Counted from the first letter of the stretch, positions 18,419-28,807 are shown. The stretch: DNA of 64,000 bases from Chthoniobacteraceae bacterium (GCA_040081625.1 JBEBGD010000009.1:1-64000), one strand, 5' to 3'. A program made the numbers and translations. The notes: generated by a model from the letters alone, not told the origin.

Positions 18419-19906
18419 ATGCCCTCCATCCTCGCCCTCGACCAAGGAACCACCAGCTCCCGCGCGATCGTCTTCGATCACGACGGTTCCATCCGCGCCG
18501 TCGCGCAGCGGGAGTTTCGGCAGATTTTTCCGCAGTCCGGCTGGGTCGAACACGACGCGAACGAAATCTGGCAGACTCAGCTCGACACCGCGCGCGAAGT
18601 GCTCGCGAAAGCCGGGCTGACCGCCGCCGACATCGCCGCGATCGGCATCACCAACCAGCGCGAGACCACGCTGATCTGGGATCGCAAGACCGGCGAGCCG
18701 ATCCACAACGCGATCGTCTGGCAGGACCGGCGCACGGCGAAGTTTTGTGACGAACTCAAGTCCGGCGGCCACGCCGAGCTGATCCAAAAACGCGCCGGTC
18801 TCGTGATCGACGCGTATTTCTCCGGCAGCAAAGTGCGCTGGCTGCTCGACCACGTGCCCGGCGCGCGCGAGCGGGCGGAGCGCGGCGAACTGGCCTTTGG
18901 CACGATCGACTCGTGGCTCGTGTGGAAGCTCACCGGCGGAGCGCGGCACATCACCGACGCATCGAACGCCTCGCGCACAATGCTCTACAATCTGCGCGGC
19001 GGCTGGGACGACGACCTGCTCCGCGTGCTCCGCGTGCCGCGCGCGGTGCTGCCCGAGGTGTGCTCGTCGAGCGAAGTGTATGGCGAGACGACGCTGCTCG
19101 GCGGTTCCATCCCGATCGCCGGCATCGCGGGCGACCAGCAAGCCGCGCTGTTCGGCCAGAATTGCTTCGAGCGCGGCCTCGCGAAGAACACCTACGGCAC
19201 CGGCTGTTTCATGCTGATGAACATCGGCACCGAGCCGCAGATCTCGCAGCACAAACTGCTCACCACCGTCGCGTGGAAGATCGGTGAGCAAACCGAGTTC
19301 GCCCTCGAAGGCAGCGTCTTCATCGGCGGCGCAGTCGTCCAGTGGCTGCGCGACGGACTCGGCATCATCAAGTCCTCCGCAGAAGTCGAAGCGCTCGCCG
19401 CGAGCGTGCCCGACAGCGGTGGCGTCTATCTCGTGCCCGCCTTCGCCGGCCTCGGCGCGCCGCACTGGGATCAATACGCGCGCGGCTCGATCAGCGGCCT
19501 CACGCGCGGCACCACCTCCGCGCACCTCGCGCGCGCCGCGCTCGAAGGCATCGCGTTTCAAGTCGCCGACGTGCTCGAGGTGATGAAGCAGGACAGCGGC
19601 ATCGCGATGAACGGCCTGCGCGTCGATGGCGGCGCGTGCGCGAACGACATGCTCATGCAGTTCCAGGCCGACATCCTGCAAGTGCCCGTCGTCCGCCCGA
19701 AGGTGATCGAGACGACCGCGCTCGGCGCCGCGTATCTGGCCGGCCTCGCCGTCGGCTTTTGGAAAGACCGCGCCGACGTCTCGCGCGCGTGGCAGGCAGA
19801 TCGCGACTTCGAGCCGGCCATGAGCGCCGACGAAGCCACGCACCGCCGCACCCGCTGGAGCGCTGCGCTGAATCGCGCGCGAGAGTGGGAAGAACACGCG
19901 CCTTGA
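18419..19906 (+). CDS. glpK: Glycerol kinase
   Basis: [44 protein letters not shown]. Confidence 0.97.
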   Translation: MPSILALDQGTTSSRAIVFDHDGSIRAVAQREFRQIFPQSGWVEHDANEIWQTQLDTAREVLAKAGLTAADIAAIGITNQRETTLIWDRKTGEPIHNAIVWQDRRTAKFCDELKSGGHAELIQKRAGLVIDAYFSGSKVRWLLDHVPGARERAERGELAFGTIDSWLVWKLTGGARHITDASNASRTMLYNLRGGWDDDLLRVLRVPRAVLPEVCSSSEVYGETTLLGGSIPIAGIAGDQQAALFGQNCFERGLAKNTYGTGCFMLMNIGTEPQISQHKLLTTVAWKIGEQTEFALEGSVFIGGAVVQWLRDGLGIIKSSAEVEALAASVPDSGGVYLVPAFAGLGAPHWDQYARGSISGLTRGTTSAHLARAALEGIAFQVADVLEVMKQDSGIAMNGLRVDGGACANDMLMQFQADILQVPVVRPKVIETTALGAAYLAGLAVGFWKDRADVSRAWQADRDFEPAMSADEATHRRTRWSAALNRAREWEEHAP

Positions 19907-21345
19907 ACCGCGACGAATCCCTCCAGCGGATCATCGCGCGTCGCGAGCCATGGGACATCGCGGTGATCGGCGGCGGCGCGACCGGCGTGGGCATCGCTGT
20001 CGATGCCGCATCGCGCGGCTACAGCGTCGTGCTGCTCGAGCAGGCTGACTTTGGAAAAGGCACGTCGAGCCGCTCGACGAAGCTCGTCCACGGCGGCGTG
20101 CGCTATCTTCAGCAGGGCAACATCTCGCTCGTGATGGAGGCGCTGAAAGAGCGCGGGCTCCTGCTGCAAAACGCCCCGCACCTCGTCCACGATCTCGCCT
20201 TCATCGTGCCGAACTACGCGTGGTGGGAGGCGCCCTTCTACGGCATCGGGCTGAAAGTCTATGACCTGCTCGCGGGCAAATACGGCTTCGGTCCGTCCGA
20301 GATCCTCTCGCGCGACGAAGTGCTCGCGCACATCCCCACGCTCTCGCAGGACGGCCTGCGCGGCGGAGTGAAGTATCACGACGGGCAGTTCGACGACGCG
20401 CGGCTGCTCATCGACCTCGCGAGCACCGCCGCGGAACACGGCGCGTGTCTGCTCAACTACGCGCGCGTCACCGCGCTCGATAAAGACAGCGCCGGCTTCG
20501 TCAGCGGCTTGAACTTCAGCGACGAGGAAGCCGATTCCGTCCATCACGTCCATGCCCGCTGCGTCATCAACGCGACCGGCCCTTTCTCCGACGAGATGCG
20601 CCGCGTGGACGAACCCGGCGCCGCGCCGATGATCGCGCCGAGCCAGGGCGCGCACCTCGTCCTGCCACGCGATTTTCTACCCGGCGACACCGCGATCATG
20701 GTGCCGCACACACGCGATGGCCGCGTGATGTTCGCGATCCCCTGGCACGGGCGCACCGTGATCGGCACGACCGACACGCCGATTCCCGAAGCGGTGCTCG
20801 AGCCCGTCGCGCAGGAGGAGGAGATCGCCTTCATCCTCGACACCGCGAGCGACTACCTCGCGAAACGTCCGACCCGCGCCGACGTGCTCAGCGTCTTCAC
20901 CGGGATACGGCCGCTGGTGAAGTCCAGCGAGGGATCGAGCACCGCGGCGCTCTCGCGCGACCACACGATCCACATCTCGTCTTCAGGCCTCCTCACCATC
21001 GCCGGCGGGAAGTGGACGACCTATCGCCACATGGCCGAGGACGCCGTCGATCACGCGATCGTGCTCGGCCATCTCGACGAGCGGGAGTGCATCACGCGCG
21101 AGCTGCGCATCCGCGCGCCGCAGGAAGACACCATCGCCTGGCAGGCGCGGCACGAGATGGCGCGCACCGTCGAGGACGTGCTCGCCCGTCGCACCCGCCT
21201 GCTCTTCCTCGATGCCCGCGCCGCAATCGCAGCCGCGCCCGATGTCGCCCGGCAGCTCGCGCACGAACTCGGTCGCGACGAAACGTGGCAGCAAACACAG
21301 CTCGCAAGTTTCCGCAAAACCGCCGCACACTTCACCCTTCCATGA
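19903..21345 (+). CDS. glpD: FAD-dependent glycerol-3-phosphate dehydrogenase
   Basis: TTG start overlaps the glpK stop; [41 protein letters not shown]. Confidence 0.93.
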   Translation: MNRDESLQRIIARREPWDIAVIGGGATGVGIAVDAASRGYSVVLLEQADFGKGTSSRSTKLVHGGVRYLQQGNISLVMEALKERGLLLQNAPHLVHDLAFIVPNYAWWEAPFYGIGLKVYDLLAGKYGFGPSEILSRDEVLAHIPTLSQDGLRGGVKYHDGQFDDARLLIDLASTAAEHGACLLNYARVTALDKDSAGFVSGLNFSDEEADSVHHVHARCVINATGPFSDEMRRVDEPGAAPMIAPSQGAHLVLPRDFLPGDTAIMVPHTRDGRVMFAIPWHGRTVIGTTDTPIPEAVLEPVAQEEEIAFILDTASDYLAKRPTRADVLSVFTGIRPLVKSSEGSSTAALSRDHTIHISSSGLLTIAGGKWTTYRHMAEDAVDHAIVLGHLDERECITRELRIRAPQEDTIAWQARHEMARTVEDVLARRTRLLFLDARAAIAAAPDVARQLAHELGRDETWQQTQLASFRKTAAHFTLP

Positions 21346-22082
21346 ACGCCTACCTCGCAGAATTCATCGGCACCACGCTGCTCATCCTTTTCGGAAACGG
21401 CGTCGTCGCCAACGTCGTCCTCGCCCGCACGAAAGGGCACAACGCCGGATGGATCGTCATCGCCGCGGGGTGGGGTCTCTCCGTCTTCATCGGCGCGTTT
21501 TGCTCGGCGCCGTTCAGCGGGGCGCATTTGAACCCCGCCGTGACCGTCGCGATGGCCGCCGCGGGCAAGCTCGAGATCGCAAAGGTCGCCGGCTACATCG
21601 CCGCGCAGATGATCGGTGCGATCGTGGGCTCGACGCTCGCGTTCCTTTTCTATCGCGAGCACTTCAAGGCGACCGACGACGCCGACGCGAAGCTCGCGTG
21701 CTTCGCGACCGCGCCGAACATCCGCAACCCCGCGCAGTCGTTTTTCTGCGAAGTCGTCGGCACCTTCTGCCTGATCCTGCCGATCTTCCTGATGACCAAT
21801 GTGAACGTGACCTTCCCCGGCGCGACGCAGAGCGCGGAGATCGGCATGGGCTCGCTCGGGCTGCTGCCCGTCGGCCTGCTCGTCTTCGCCATCGGCCTCT
21901 GCCTCGGCGGCACGACCGGCTACGCGATCAACCCCGCGCGCGACCTCGGCCCGCGCATCGCGCACGCGCTCCTGCCGGTTCCCGGCAAGCGCGACAGCGA
22001 CTGGGGCTACGCGTGGGTGCCCGTCCTCGGCCCGATCGCCGGCGCGCTGCTCGCCGCGCTCGCTTGGAAGGTCTTGCAGTAA
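21342..22082 (+). CDS. glpF: Glycerol uptake facilitator (MIP family)
   Basis: SGAHLNPAVT and GYAINPARDLGPR NPA boxes. Confidence 0.95.
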   Translation: MNAYLAEFIGTTLLILFGNGVVANVVLARTKGHNAGWIVIAAGWGLSVFIGAFCSAPFSGAHLNPAVTVAMAAAGKLEIAKVAGYIAAQMIGAIVGSTLAFLFYREHFKATDDADAKLACFATAPNIRNPAQSFFCEVVGTFCLILPIFLMTNVNVTFPGATQSAEIGMGSLGLLPVGLLVFAIGLCLGGTTGYAINPARDLGPRIAHALLPVPGKRDSDWGYAWVPVLGPIAGALLAALAWKVLQ

Positions 22083-22125
22083 GTTCACCCTTGCACGCCG
22101 CGCGCCCTGCATTTATCCGGCGCGC

Positions 22126-22161
22126 GTGATTATCACCGCGCACCATTGGTGGCCTTCCTGA
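22126..22161 (+). CDS. Putative attenuator leader peptide MIITAHHWWPS
   Basis: gtg att atc acc gcg cac cat tgg tgg cct tcc tga; tandem His and Trp codons upstream of hisI-trpE. Confidence 0.75.
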   Translation: MIITAHHWWPS

Positions 22162-22221
22162 CCGGGCCGCTCCGCTGAAACCAGCGGGGCAGTTCGCCGC
22201 CACTGCTGCGCCGATCTCAAC

Positions 22222-22264
22222 GCCCGACGATTCCAATCCGAGAATCGCCGGGCTTTTTGTTTCT
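22222..22264 (+). terminator. Intrinsic terminator (attenuator) upstream of hisI
   Basis: Stem gcccgacgattc / gaatcgccgggc (11 of 12 pairs, 8-nt loop) followed by tttttgtttct, ending 8 nt before the hisI ATG. Confidence 0.8.
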
Positions 22265-22272
22265 CCAAATCC

Positions 22273-22662
22273 ATGACTCTCCCAACGCTCAAATACAATT
22301 CCGACGGCCTCATCCCCGCCATCGTGCAGGACGCGAAATCCAAGCGCGTGCTGATGATGGCGTGGATGAACGCAGCGTCGCTCGAGGCCACGCTGCGCAC
22401 CGGTTTCATGAATTACTGGAGCCGCTCGCGGCAGAAATTCTGGATCAAGGGCGAGACCAGCGGTCACACGCAGCGCGTGCAGCGATGGTGTGTCGATTGC
22501 GATGCCGACACGCTGCTCTTCGAGGTCGAGCAAATCGGTGGCGCCTGCCACACGGGCTTCGAGAGCTGTTTCTTCCAGGCGTTCTCACCGGACGGGACGC
22601 CGCAGGAAATTTCTGAACCCAAACTTTTCGATCCGGAGAGAACCTACGAAACTAAGAAGTAA
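22273..22662 (+). CDS. hisI: Phosphoribosyl-AMP cyclohydrolase
   Basis: [45 protein letters not shown]. Confidence 0.95.
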   Translation: MTLPTLKYNSDGLIPAIVQDAKSKRVLMMAWMNAASLEATLRTGFMNYWSRSRQKFWIKGETSGHTQRVQRWCVDCDADTLLFEVEQIGGACHTGFESCFFQAFSPDGTPQEISEPKLFDPERTYETKK

Positions 22663-22743
22663 GAATTAGGATTTAGGAAGTATCCGCGTCGCCGGCGCGG
22701 CGACTTGCTTCACTTCCTAAATCCAAAATCCCCCTTCCTAAAT
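22653..22743. repeat. Inverted pair of heptamer arrays around a GC hairpin, between hisI and trpE
   Basis: taagaag taagaat taggatt taggaag ... gtcgccg-gcg-cggcgac ... cttccta aatccaa aatcccc cttccta. Confidence 0.7.
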
Positions 22744-22746
22744 GCC

Positions 22747-24243
22747 ATGACCCATCACTTTTCGCCTCCGCTCGCCGAGTTTCGCGAGCTGGCAGCGCGC
22801 GGGAATCTGATTCCCGTCTTTGCGGAACTCATCGCCGATGCGGAGACGCCCGTGTCGGCGTTTCACAAGCTCGACGACGGGCGCGGCTACGCGTTCCTTT
22901 TTGAGTCGGTCGAGAAGCACGACCAGGCCGGGCGCTACTCGTTCGTCGGCGTGAATCAGCGCGTCGTCTTCGAGAGCCACGGCGCGACGATCCGCATCAC
23001 GGAAGACGGCGCGACGCGCGAATTTCAGACTGCGAGCGATCCGCTCGGCGATCTCGAAACGCTCATGCAGCGCTATCGCTATGTCGCCTCGCCGGCGCTG
23101 GCGGACGCACGCTTCGCGGGCGGCGCCGTGGGCTTCCTCACCTACGACATGGTGCGTTTCTTCGAGCCGACTGTGGCGCCTTCCCCGCCGGACGATCTCG
23201 GTATGCCGGAGAGTTTGTTCACGATTACCGACACGCTGCTCATCTTCGATCACCGCACACGCCGGCTGCGTGTGGTGGTCAATGCGCACGTCGAGGGCGA
23301 TGCGGACGCGGCGTATCAGCGCGCAGCGGATGAGATCGCGAAGATCATCGCGAAGCTCAACGAGCCCGCGCCGCTGCCGATGCTGCCGATCGCGCCGCCG
23401 CCGCAGGTGCCGACGCCGACGGGGAACACGACGCGCGAGGAGTTCATGAAGATGGTCAGCGACGGGCAGGAGTTCATCCGCGCGGGCGACATCTTCCAGT
23501 TTGTGCCGTCGCAGCGCTTCGCGACCGACTACACCGGCGACCCGCTCACGCTCTACCGCGCGCTGCGCTTCGTGAATCCGTCGCCGTATATGTTCTGCAT
23601 GAAGTTCGCGGGCCGCTTCTCGCTGGTCGGCAGCAGCCCGGAGGTCCACGTGCGGGCGATCAACGGCAGGATCGAGATCCGTCCCATCGCCGGCACGCGC
23701 AAGCGTGGGAAGGACGAGGCGGAGGACGACGCGAATGCCGCCGACCTGCTCGCGGATCCGAAGGAGCGCGCCGAGCACCTCATGCTCGTCGATCTCGCGC
23801 GCAACGACGTTGGCCGTGCGAGCGAGTTTGGCAGCGTGAAGGTGACCGACTTCATGACGATCGAGCGCTACAGCCACGTGATGCACATCGTCAGCAACGT
23901 CGAAGGCCGGCTGCGTCCCGACCGCACTTCCTACGATGTAATGCGCGCCACTTTCCCGGCCGGCACCGTGAGCGGCAGTCCGAAGGTGCGTGCGCTGCAG
24001 ATCATCAATGGCTGCGAGAAAAACAAGCGCGGCGTCTATTCCGGCGCGGTCGGTTACTTCGGCTTCGACGGCAACCATGACTCCTGCATCGCGCTCCGCA
24101 CGATCGTGCTGAAGGACGGCAAAGCCTACGTGCAAGCCGGCGCCGGCGTCGTCGCCGATTCGACGCCCGAAGGCGAATACCAGGAGACCGTGAACAAGGC
24201 GATGGGCATGATGTCCGCCATCGCCCGCGCTAAAAACCTATGA
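22747..24243 (+). CDS. trpE: Anthranilate synthase component I
   Basis: FLFESVE and NPSPYM (Trp feedback-site motifs), PIAGTRKRG, KERAEHLMLVDLARND, GTVSGSPK, QAGAGVVADS. Confidence 0.92.
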   Translation: MTHHFSPPLAEFRELAARGNLIPVFAELIADAETPVSAFHKLDDGRGYAFLFESVEKHDQAGRYSFVGVNQRVVFESHGATIRITEDGATREFQTASDPLGDLETLMQRYRYVASPALADARFAGGAVGFLTYDMVRFFEPTVAPSPPDDLGMPESLFTITDTLLIFDHRTRRLRVVVNAHVEGDADAAYQRAADEIAKIIAKLNEPAPLPMLPIAPPPQVPTPTGNTTREEFMKMVSDGQEFIRAGDIFQFVPSQRFATDYTGDPLTLYRALRFVNPSPYMFCMKFAGRFSLVGSSPEVHVRAINGRIEIRPIAGTRKRGKDEAEDDANAADLLADPKERAEHLMLVDLARNDVGRASEFGSVKVTDFMTIERYSHVMHIVSNVEGRLRPDRTSYDVMRATFPAGTVSGSPKVRALQIINGCEKNKRGVYSGAVGYFGFDGNHDSCIALRTIVLKDGKAYVQAGAGVVADSTPEGEYQETVNKAMGMMSAIARAKNL

Positions 24244-24244
24244 A

Positions 24245-24310
24245 TCACAGAGACACAGATAGCACCGAGTCGGACCTGCTTTTCCTCTGTGACCTCTGTG
24301 TCTCTGTGGT
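24245..24310. repeat. Imperfect inverted repeat (cacagag-type) between trpE and trpG
   Basis: tcacagagacacagatagcaccgag ... ctctgtgacctctgtgtctctgtggt. Confidence 0.75.
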
Positions 24311-24319
24311 GAAAATCCC

Positions 24320-24883
24320 ATGCTCCTAGTCATCGATAACTACGACAGCTTCACCTACAACCTCGTCCAATACTTCGGCGAACTCGGCGCCGAACTCACG
24401 GTGAAGCGCAACGACGAGATCGCGATCGACGACATCCGCGCGATGAAGCCCGAGCGGATCGTCATTTCGCCCGGCCCCTGCACGCCGAACGAGGCGGGCA
24501 TCTCGTGCGATGTGATCCGCACCTTCGGCGAATCGACACCGATTCTCGGCGTGTGCCTCGGCCATCAATGCATGGGGCAGGTTTTCGGCGGTGACGTGGT
24601 GCGCGCGGGCCGGCTCATGCACGGCAAGACCTCGCCGATCATTCACAACGGCGAAGGCGTGTTCCGCGGCCTGCCGAATCCCTTCGAGGCCACCCGTTAT
24701 CACTCGCTGCTCGTGAAGCGCGAGACCTTCCCCGCGTGCCTCGACATCACCGCCGAGACCGCGGAGCACGAGATCATGGGGCTGCGCCACAAGACTCTGC
24801 CGATCCACGGCGTGCAGTTTCATCCCGAGTCGATCCTCACGACCGAGGGCAAGCACCTGCTGAAAAATTTCCTCGAGCTGTGA
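24320..24883 (+). CDS. trpG: Anthranilate/aminodeoxychorismate synthase glutamine amidotransferase subunit (TrpG/PabA)
   Basis: [34 protein letters not shown]. Confidence 0.92.
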   Translation: MLLVIDNYDSFTYNLVQYFGELGAELTVKRNDEIAIDDIRAMKPERIVISPGPCTPNEAGISCDVIRTFGESTPILGVCLGHQCMGQVFGGDVVRAGRLMHGKTSPIIHNGEGVFRGLPNPFEATRYHSLLVKRETFPACLDITAETAEHEIMGLRHKTLPIHGVQFHPESILTTEGKHLLKNFLEL

Positions 24884-25689
24884 TCTGGCAGACGCTCACG
24901 CGCGCATTCGATTTCACCCACAACGGTGCGATCATGGGCGTGCTGAACGTGACGCCGGATTCGTTCAGCGATGGCGGGCGTTGGGTGGACGTGGACGCCG
25001 CGGTCGCGCATGGAATCGAGATGGGGCGCGACGGAGCGGGGATCATCGACGTCGGCGGCGAGTCCACGCGGCCCGGCGCGGATCCGGTGAGCGGGGAGGA
25101 GGAAATGCGCCGGGTGCTGCCGGTGATCGAGCGGCTCGCGCGGGAACATGTCGTCTCGATCGACACGATGAAGCCCGCTGTCGCGCGTGCGGCGGTGGCG
25201 GCAGGCGCGGCGATCATCAATGACGTGACCGGACTCCGCAATCCGACGATGCGCGAAGTCGTCCGCGAGACTGGCGCGGCAGCGATCGCGATGCATATGC
25301 AGGGCGAGCCGCGGACGATGCAGCGCGAGCCGCACTACACGGATGTCGTCGCCGAAATCCGGGAAAGCTTTCGACAAACTTTCGACGCTTGCCTAGCCTG
25401 CGGCATCGATCCCATGCGCCTCGCCTTTGATCCCGGCATCGGCTTCGGCAAAACGCTGGAGCACAATCTCGCGCTGCTGCGCGGGCTCGATGCTGTGCGG
25501 GTTGGCGGGCGGCCGCTCGTCGTCGGAGTGTCGCGGAAATCGTTCATCGGCGGCGCGGTCGGGGATCGCGATTGGCCGACCGTCGCGCTCACGAGCCTGC
25601 TGCGCGAGCGCGGAGCGCAGGTGCTGCGCGTGCATGACGTGAAACCCAACGCGCAGGCGCTGCGCATGACGGAGGCCATCCTCGGATGA
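24880..25689 (+). CDS. folP: Dihydropteroate synthase
   Basis: [48 protein letters not shown] overlaps the trpG stop. Confidence 0.95.
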   Translation: MIWQTLTRAFDFTHNGAIMGVLNVTPDSFSDGGRWVDVDAAVAHGIEMGRDGAGIIDVGGESTRPGADPVSGEEEMRRVLPVIERLAREHVVSIDTMKPAVARAAVAAGAAIINDVTGLRNPTMREVVRETGAAAIAMHMQGEPRTMQREPHYTDVVAEIRESFRQTFDACLACGIDPMRLAFDPGIGFGKTLEHNLALLRGLDAVRVGGRPLVVGVSRKSFIGGAVGDRDWPTVALTSLLRERGAQVLRVHDVKPNAQALRMTEAILG

Positions 25690-26564
25690 GCTGGAGCACC
25701 TTTCTCCCGACCGACTGGCGCGGCGCGCTCGAGGTGGCGATCCTCTGGGCCGGCCTCTACGGAGCGTGGCGCTCGCTGCGCGGCACCCGCGGCGCGCGCG
25801 TGCTCACCGGGCTGGTCTCGGTGCTCTTTGCGATGATGCTCGTGTCGGGATTCTTCGACCTGCCGGTGCTCGGCTGGGTCTTCCGCAATCTTTCCACCGC
25901 GCTGTTGTTCATGTTCATTGTGATCTTCCAGCCGGAGATCCGCCGCGCGCTCGCCGCACTCGGCACGCACCAGCTTTTCGCGCGCGCTGCGGGCACGACC
26001 GAGTTTGTCGAGCAGATCACCGAGGCGACCTTCGAGCTCGCCAACCGCCAGCTCGGCGCGCTCATCGCGCTCGAGCGCGACATCAATCTCGCGCCCTTCG
26101 GCGAGTCCGGGCAGGAGATCGACTGCAAGCTCTCGCCCGCGCTGCTCACGACCATTTTTTTCCACAAGACGCCGCTGCACGACGGCGGGGTCATCATCCG
26201 CGGCGATCGGCTGCTCTTTGCATCGTGCACCTTCCCGGTGATTCAGCGCCCCGACCTCGATCGCACCTTCGGGATGCGGCACCGGGCGGCGCTTGGGCTC
26301 TCGGACGAATCCGACGCGATCGTCGTCGTCGTGAGCGAAGAAACTGGCGTGGTTTCCATTTGTCACCACGGGAAGCTCGAAAGAAACTTCGACCCTGAGT
26401 CGTTTCGGCGCCGGCTCAGCGAACTGCTGCTGCTCGACAAGAATGAAAAAACCACTCCGGCTGATCACAAAACACTGGCAGGCAAAACTGCTGACGCTCC
26501 TGCTCGCCCTGCTGCTGTGGGCCGGGGCGCGCAAGAACCTCGAAGCGACCGGCTCGCTTTCTAG
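25686..26564 (+). CDS. cdaA: Membrane diadenylate cyclase (CdaA/DacA)
   Basis: Three N-terminal TM helices, IFQPEIRRAL, GALIALER, PLHDGG, GMRHRAA, VVSEETG. Confidence 0.93.
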   Translation: MSWSTFLPTDWRGALEVAILWAGLYGAWRSLRGTRGARVLTGLVSVLFAMMLVSGFFDLPVLGWVFRNLSTALLFMFIVIFQPEIRRALAALGTHQLFARAAGTTEFVEQITEATFELANRQLGALIALERDINLAPFGESGQEIDCKLSPALLTTIFFHKTPLHDGGVIIRGDRLLFASCTFPVIQRPDLDRTFGMRHRAALGLSDESDAIVVVVSEETGVVSICHHGKLERNFDPESFRRRLSELLLLDKNEKTTPADHKTLAGKTADAPARPAAVGRGAQEPRSDRLAF

Positions 26565-26610
26565 GCGCGAGTCCGCGGCGCAAAAATTCGACTTCTCCAA
26601 AAAGCCGTGA
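26443..26610 (+). CDS. 55-aa single-TM protein resembling the CdaR/YbbR N-terminal anchor (not in ORF track)
   Basis: MKKPLRLITKHWQAKLLTLLLALLLWAGARKNLEATGSLSRRESAAQKFDFSKKP; overlaps the cdaA 3' end and its TGA overlaps the glmM GTG. Confidence 0.65.
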   Translation: MKKPLRLITKHWQAKLLTLLLALLLWAGARKNLEATGSLSRRESAAQKFDFSKKP

Positions 26611-28007
26611 CCCCGAAACCCGTTGCCAACGGCGGCTCCCGCAAAATCTTCGGCACCGACGGCGTCCGCGGAACCGCGAACATCGAGCCGGTGACGGCCG
26701 AGACCGCGCTCAAGCTCGGCCGCGCCGCGGCGCACGTCTTCGCCGAGATGACCGCCGCCCGGCGGAAGAACGCCCGCACGACCATCGTCATCGGCAAAGA
26801 CACGCGGCTCTCCGGCTACATGCTCGAGAATGCGCTCGCCGCCGGCGTGATGTCGCTCGGCGCCGACGTGCTGATGATCGGGCCGCTGCCGACGCCGGGC
26901 GTGGCCTACATCACGCGCTCGCTGCGTGCGGATGCGGGCATCGTGCTGAGCGCTTCGCACAACCCTTACGAGGACAACGGCATCAAGTTCTTCCGCCACG
27001 ACGGCTACAAGCTCGACGACGAGATCGAGGCGAAGATCGAGCATCTGGTCTTCAGCGGCGAGATCGACTCGATCCGACCGACGGCCGGCAAGATCGGCCA
27101 GGCCAAGCGCATCGACGACGCGCTCGGGCGCTACGTCGAGTATGCGAAGTCGAGCTTCCCTCGCGGGCTCAAGCTCGAGGGGATGCGCGTCGCGCTCGAT
27201 GTGGGCAATGGCGCCGCCTACAAGTCCTCGCCGTGCATCCTGCGCGAGCTCGGCGCCGAGGTCATCGTCGCGAACAACACGCCCAACGGGCGGAACATTA
27301 ACCGTGACTGCGGCTCGACGCACCCGGAGGAAATCCAGCGCCTCATGCGCGAGACAAAGGCCGATGTCGGCATCAGCCACGACGGCGACGCCGACCGCGT
27401 GCTGCTCTGCGACGAGAAGGGCGAGGTCGTCGATGGCGACGAGATCATGGCCATCGCGGCGATCGATTTCATCCGCCGTGGCTGCCTCGCGCAGAACACG
27501 CTCGTCGCGACGATCATGAGCAACTTCGGCCTCGATGAAACGCTGCGCGCCAACGACGGCCGCGTGCTGCGCACGAAGGTCGGCGACCGGCACGTGATCG
27601 AGGCGATGATGAAGCAGGGACTCAACGTCGGCGGCGAGCAGAGCGGGCACATGATTTTCCGCGACTACTCGACGACTGGGGACGGCATCGTGAGCGCGCT
27701 GCAGATTCTGCGAGTGATGACCGAGACCGGGAAGCCGCTCAGCGAACTCAAGAAGTGCCTCGCGAAGTATCCGCAGGCGCAGCGCAATCTGCGCGTGCGC
27801 GAGAAGAAGCCGCTCGATCAACTCCCGCACGTGCTCAAGCTCGTCGAGGAAACCGAGCGCGCTCTCGACGGCGCGGGCCGTGTGCTGCTGCGCTACTCGG
27901 GGACCGAGCCGAAGATCCGCCTGCTCATCGAGGGACGCGATGGCGACAAGATCAACGCGCAGGCCGACCAGATCGCCGGGCTGATCCAGGCGGAGATCGG
28001 CGAGTGA
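26607..28007 (+). CDS. glmM: Phosphoglucosamine mutase
   Basis: FGTDGVRG, GKDTRLSGYMLE, SASHNPYEDNGIK, DGDADR, GGEQSGH, RYSGTEP. Confidence 0.96.
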   Translation: MTPKPVANGGSRKIFGTDGVRGTANIEPVTAETALKLGRAAAHVFAEMTAARRKNARTTIVIGKDTRLSGYMLENALAAGVMSLGADVLMIGPLPTPGVAYITRSLRADAGIVLSASHNPYEDNGIKFFRHDGYKLDDEIEAKIEHLVFSGEIDSIRPTAGKIGQAKRIDDALGRYVEYAKSSFPRGLKLEGMRVALDVGNGAAYKSSPCILRELGAEVIVANNTPNGRNINRDCGSTHPEEIQRLMRETKADVGISHDGDADRVLLCDEKGEVVDGDEIMAIAAIDFIRRGCLAQNTLVATIMSNFGLDETLRANDGRVLRTKVGDRHVIEAMMKQGLNVGGEQSGHMIFRDYSTTGDGIVSALQILRVMTETGKPLSELKKCLAKYPQAQRNLRVREKKPLDQLPHVLKLVEETERALDGAGRVLLRYSGTEPKIRLLIEGRDGDKINAQADQIAGLIQAEIGE

Positions 28008-28633
28008 GGCTCTTCATCACCGGCACCGACACGGGCGTCGGCAAGACCTACGTCACCGCGCGGCTGGTCCGTTCGCTGCGCGCACGCGGGCTCGATTGCG
28101 TCGGCATGAAGCCGATCTCGTGCGGCGGCCTCGAGGACGCAGACGCTCTCATGGCTGCGTGCGATGGATTGCTGTCGCTTGACGACGTGAATCCCGTGCG
28201 GCTCGCCTCGTTCTGCGCGCCGATCATCGCGGCAAAGATCGAGAATCGCCCGATCGATCTCGACCTCATCCGCCGCACCTACGCGCGGCTCGCGGCGGCG
28301 CACGAGTCCATCATCGTGGAAGGCGCGGGCGGGTGGCTCGTGCCGCTCACGCGCGACTTCTTCATCGCCGATCTCGCGGTGGAGCTGGCGCTGCCCGTGA
28401 TCGTCGTCGCGGCGAACCGGCTCGGCGCAATCAATCACACGCTGCTGACCGTCGAGTCGATCCAGGCGCGGGGGCTCTCGTGCGCGGGGATCATCCTGAA
28501 CCAGGCTCGCAAGCCGACGGGGGACGACGAGATCGCGATCGAGACGAACCGCGCGGTGCTCGAGGAAACGGCGGGTGTGCCGGTGCTCGGCGTGGTTGCG
28601 CACGGGCAGGTGGAATTCGCGCTGACGTGGTGA
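28004..28633 (+). CDS. bioD: Dethiobiotin synthase
   Basis: FITGTDTGVGKT, MKP, VEGAGG, LGAINHTLLT; GTG overlaps the glmM stop. Confidence 0.93.
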   Translation: MRLFITGTDTGVGKTYVTARLVRSLRARGLDCVGMKPISCGGLEDADALMAACDGLLSLDDVNPVRLASFCAPIIAAKIENRPIDLDLIRRTYARLAAAHESIIVEGAGGWLVPLTRDFFIADLAVELALPVIVVAANRLGAINHTLLTVESIQARGLSCAGIILNQARKPTGDDEIAIETNRAVLEETAGVPVLGVVAHGQVEFALTW

Positions 28634-28651
28634 CGCACGCCGCGTAGCGAC

Positions 28652-28765
28652 CGTGGACTGCGGCAGCCCGCTGCCGCTGTGGAGGCGGGCAGCCTGCTGC
28701 TCGTGGCCTGCCCGCGCAACAAGCTGCGCCCTCCGCACAGCGGCAGCGGGCTGCCGCACTGCACG
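28652..28765. repeat. REP-like palindromic doublet (REPIN-like)
   Basis: 30-nt arms cgtggactgcggcagcccgctgccgctgtg and cacagcggcagcgggctgccgcactgcacg are inverted copies (28 of 30 match); each arm is internally palindromic. Confidence 0.8.
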
Positions 28766-28807
28766 TGGAGCTTGCGCTCCGCACACGCGACGCCGCAACA
28801 TTGCGCC

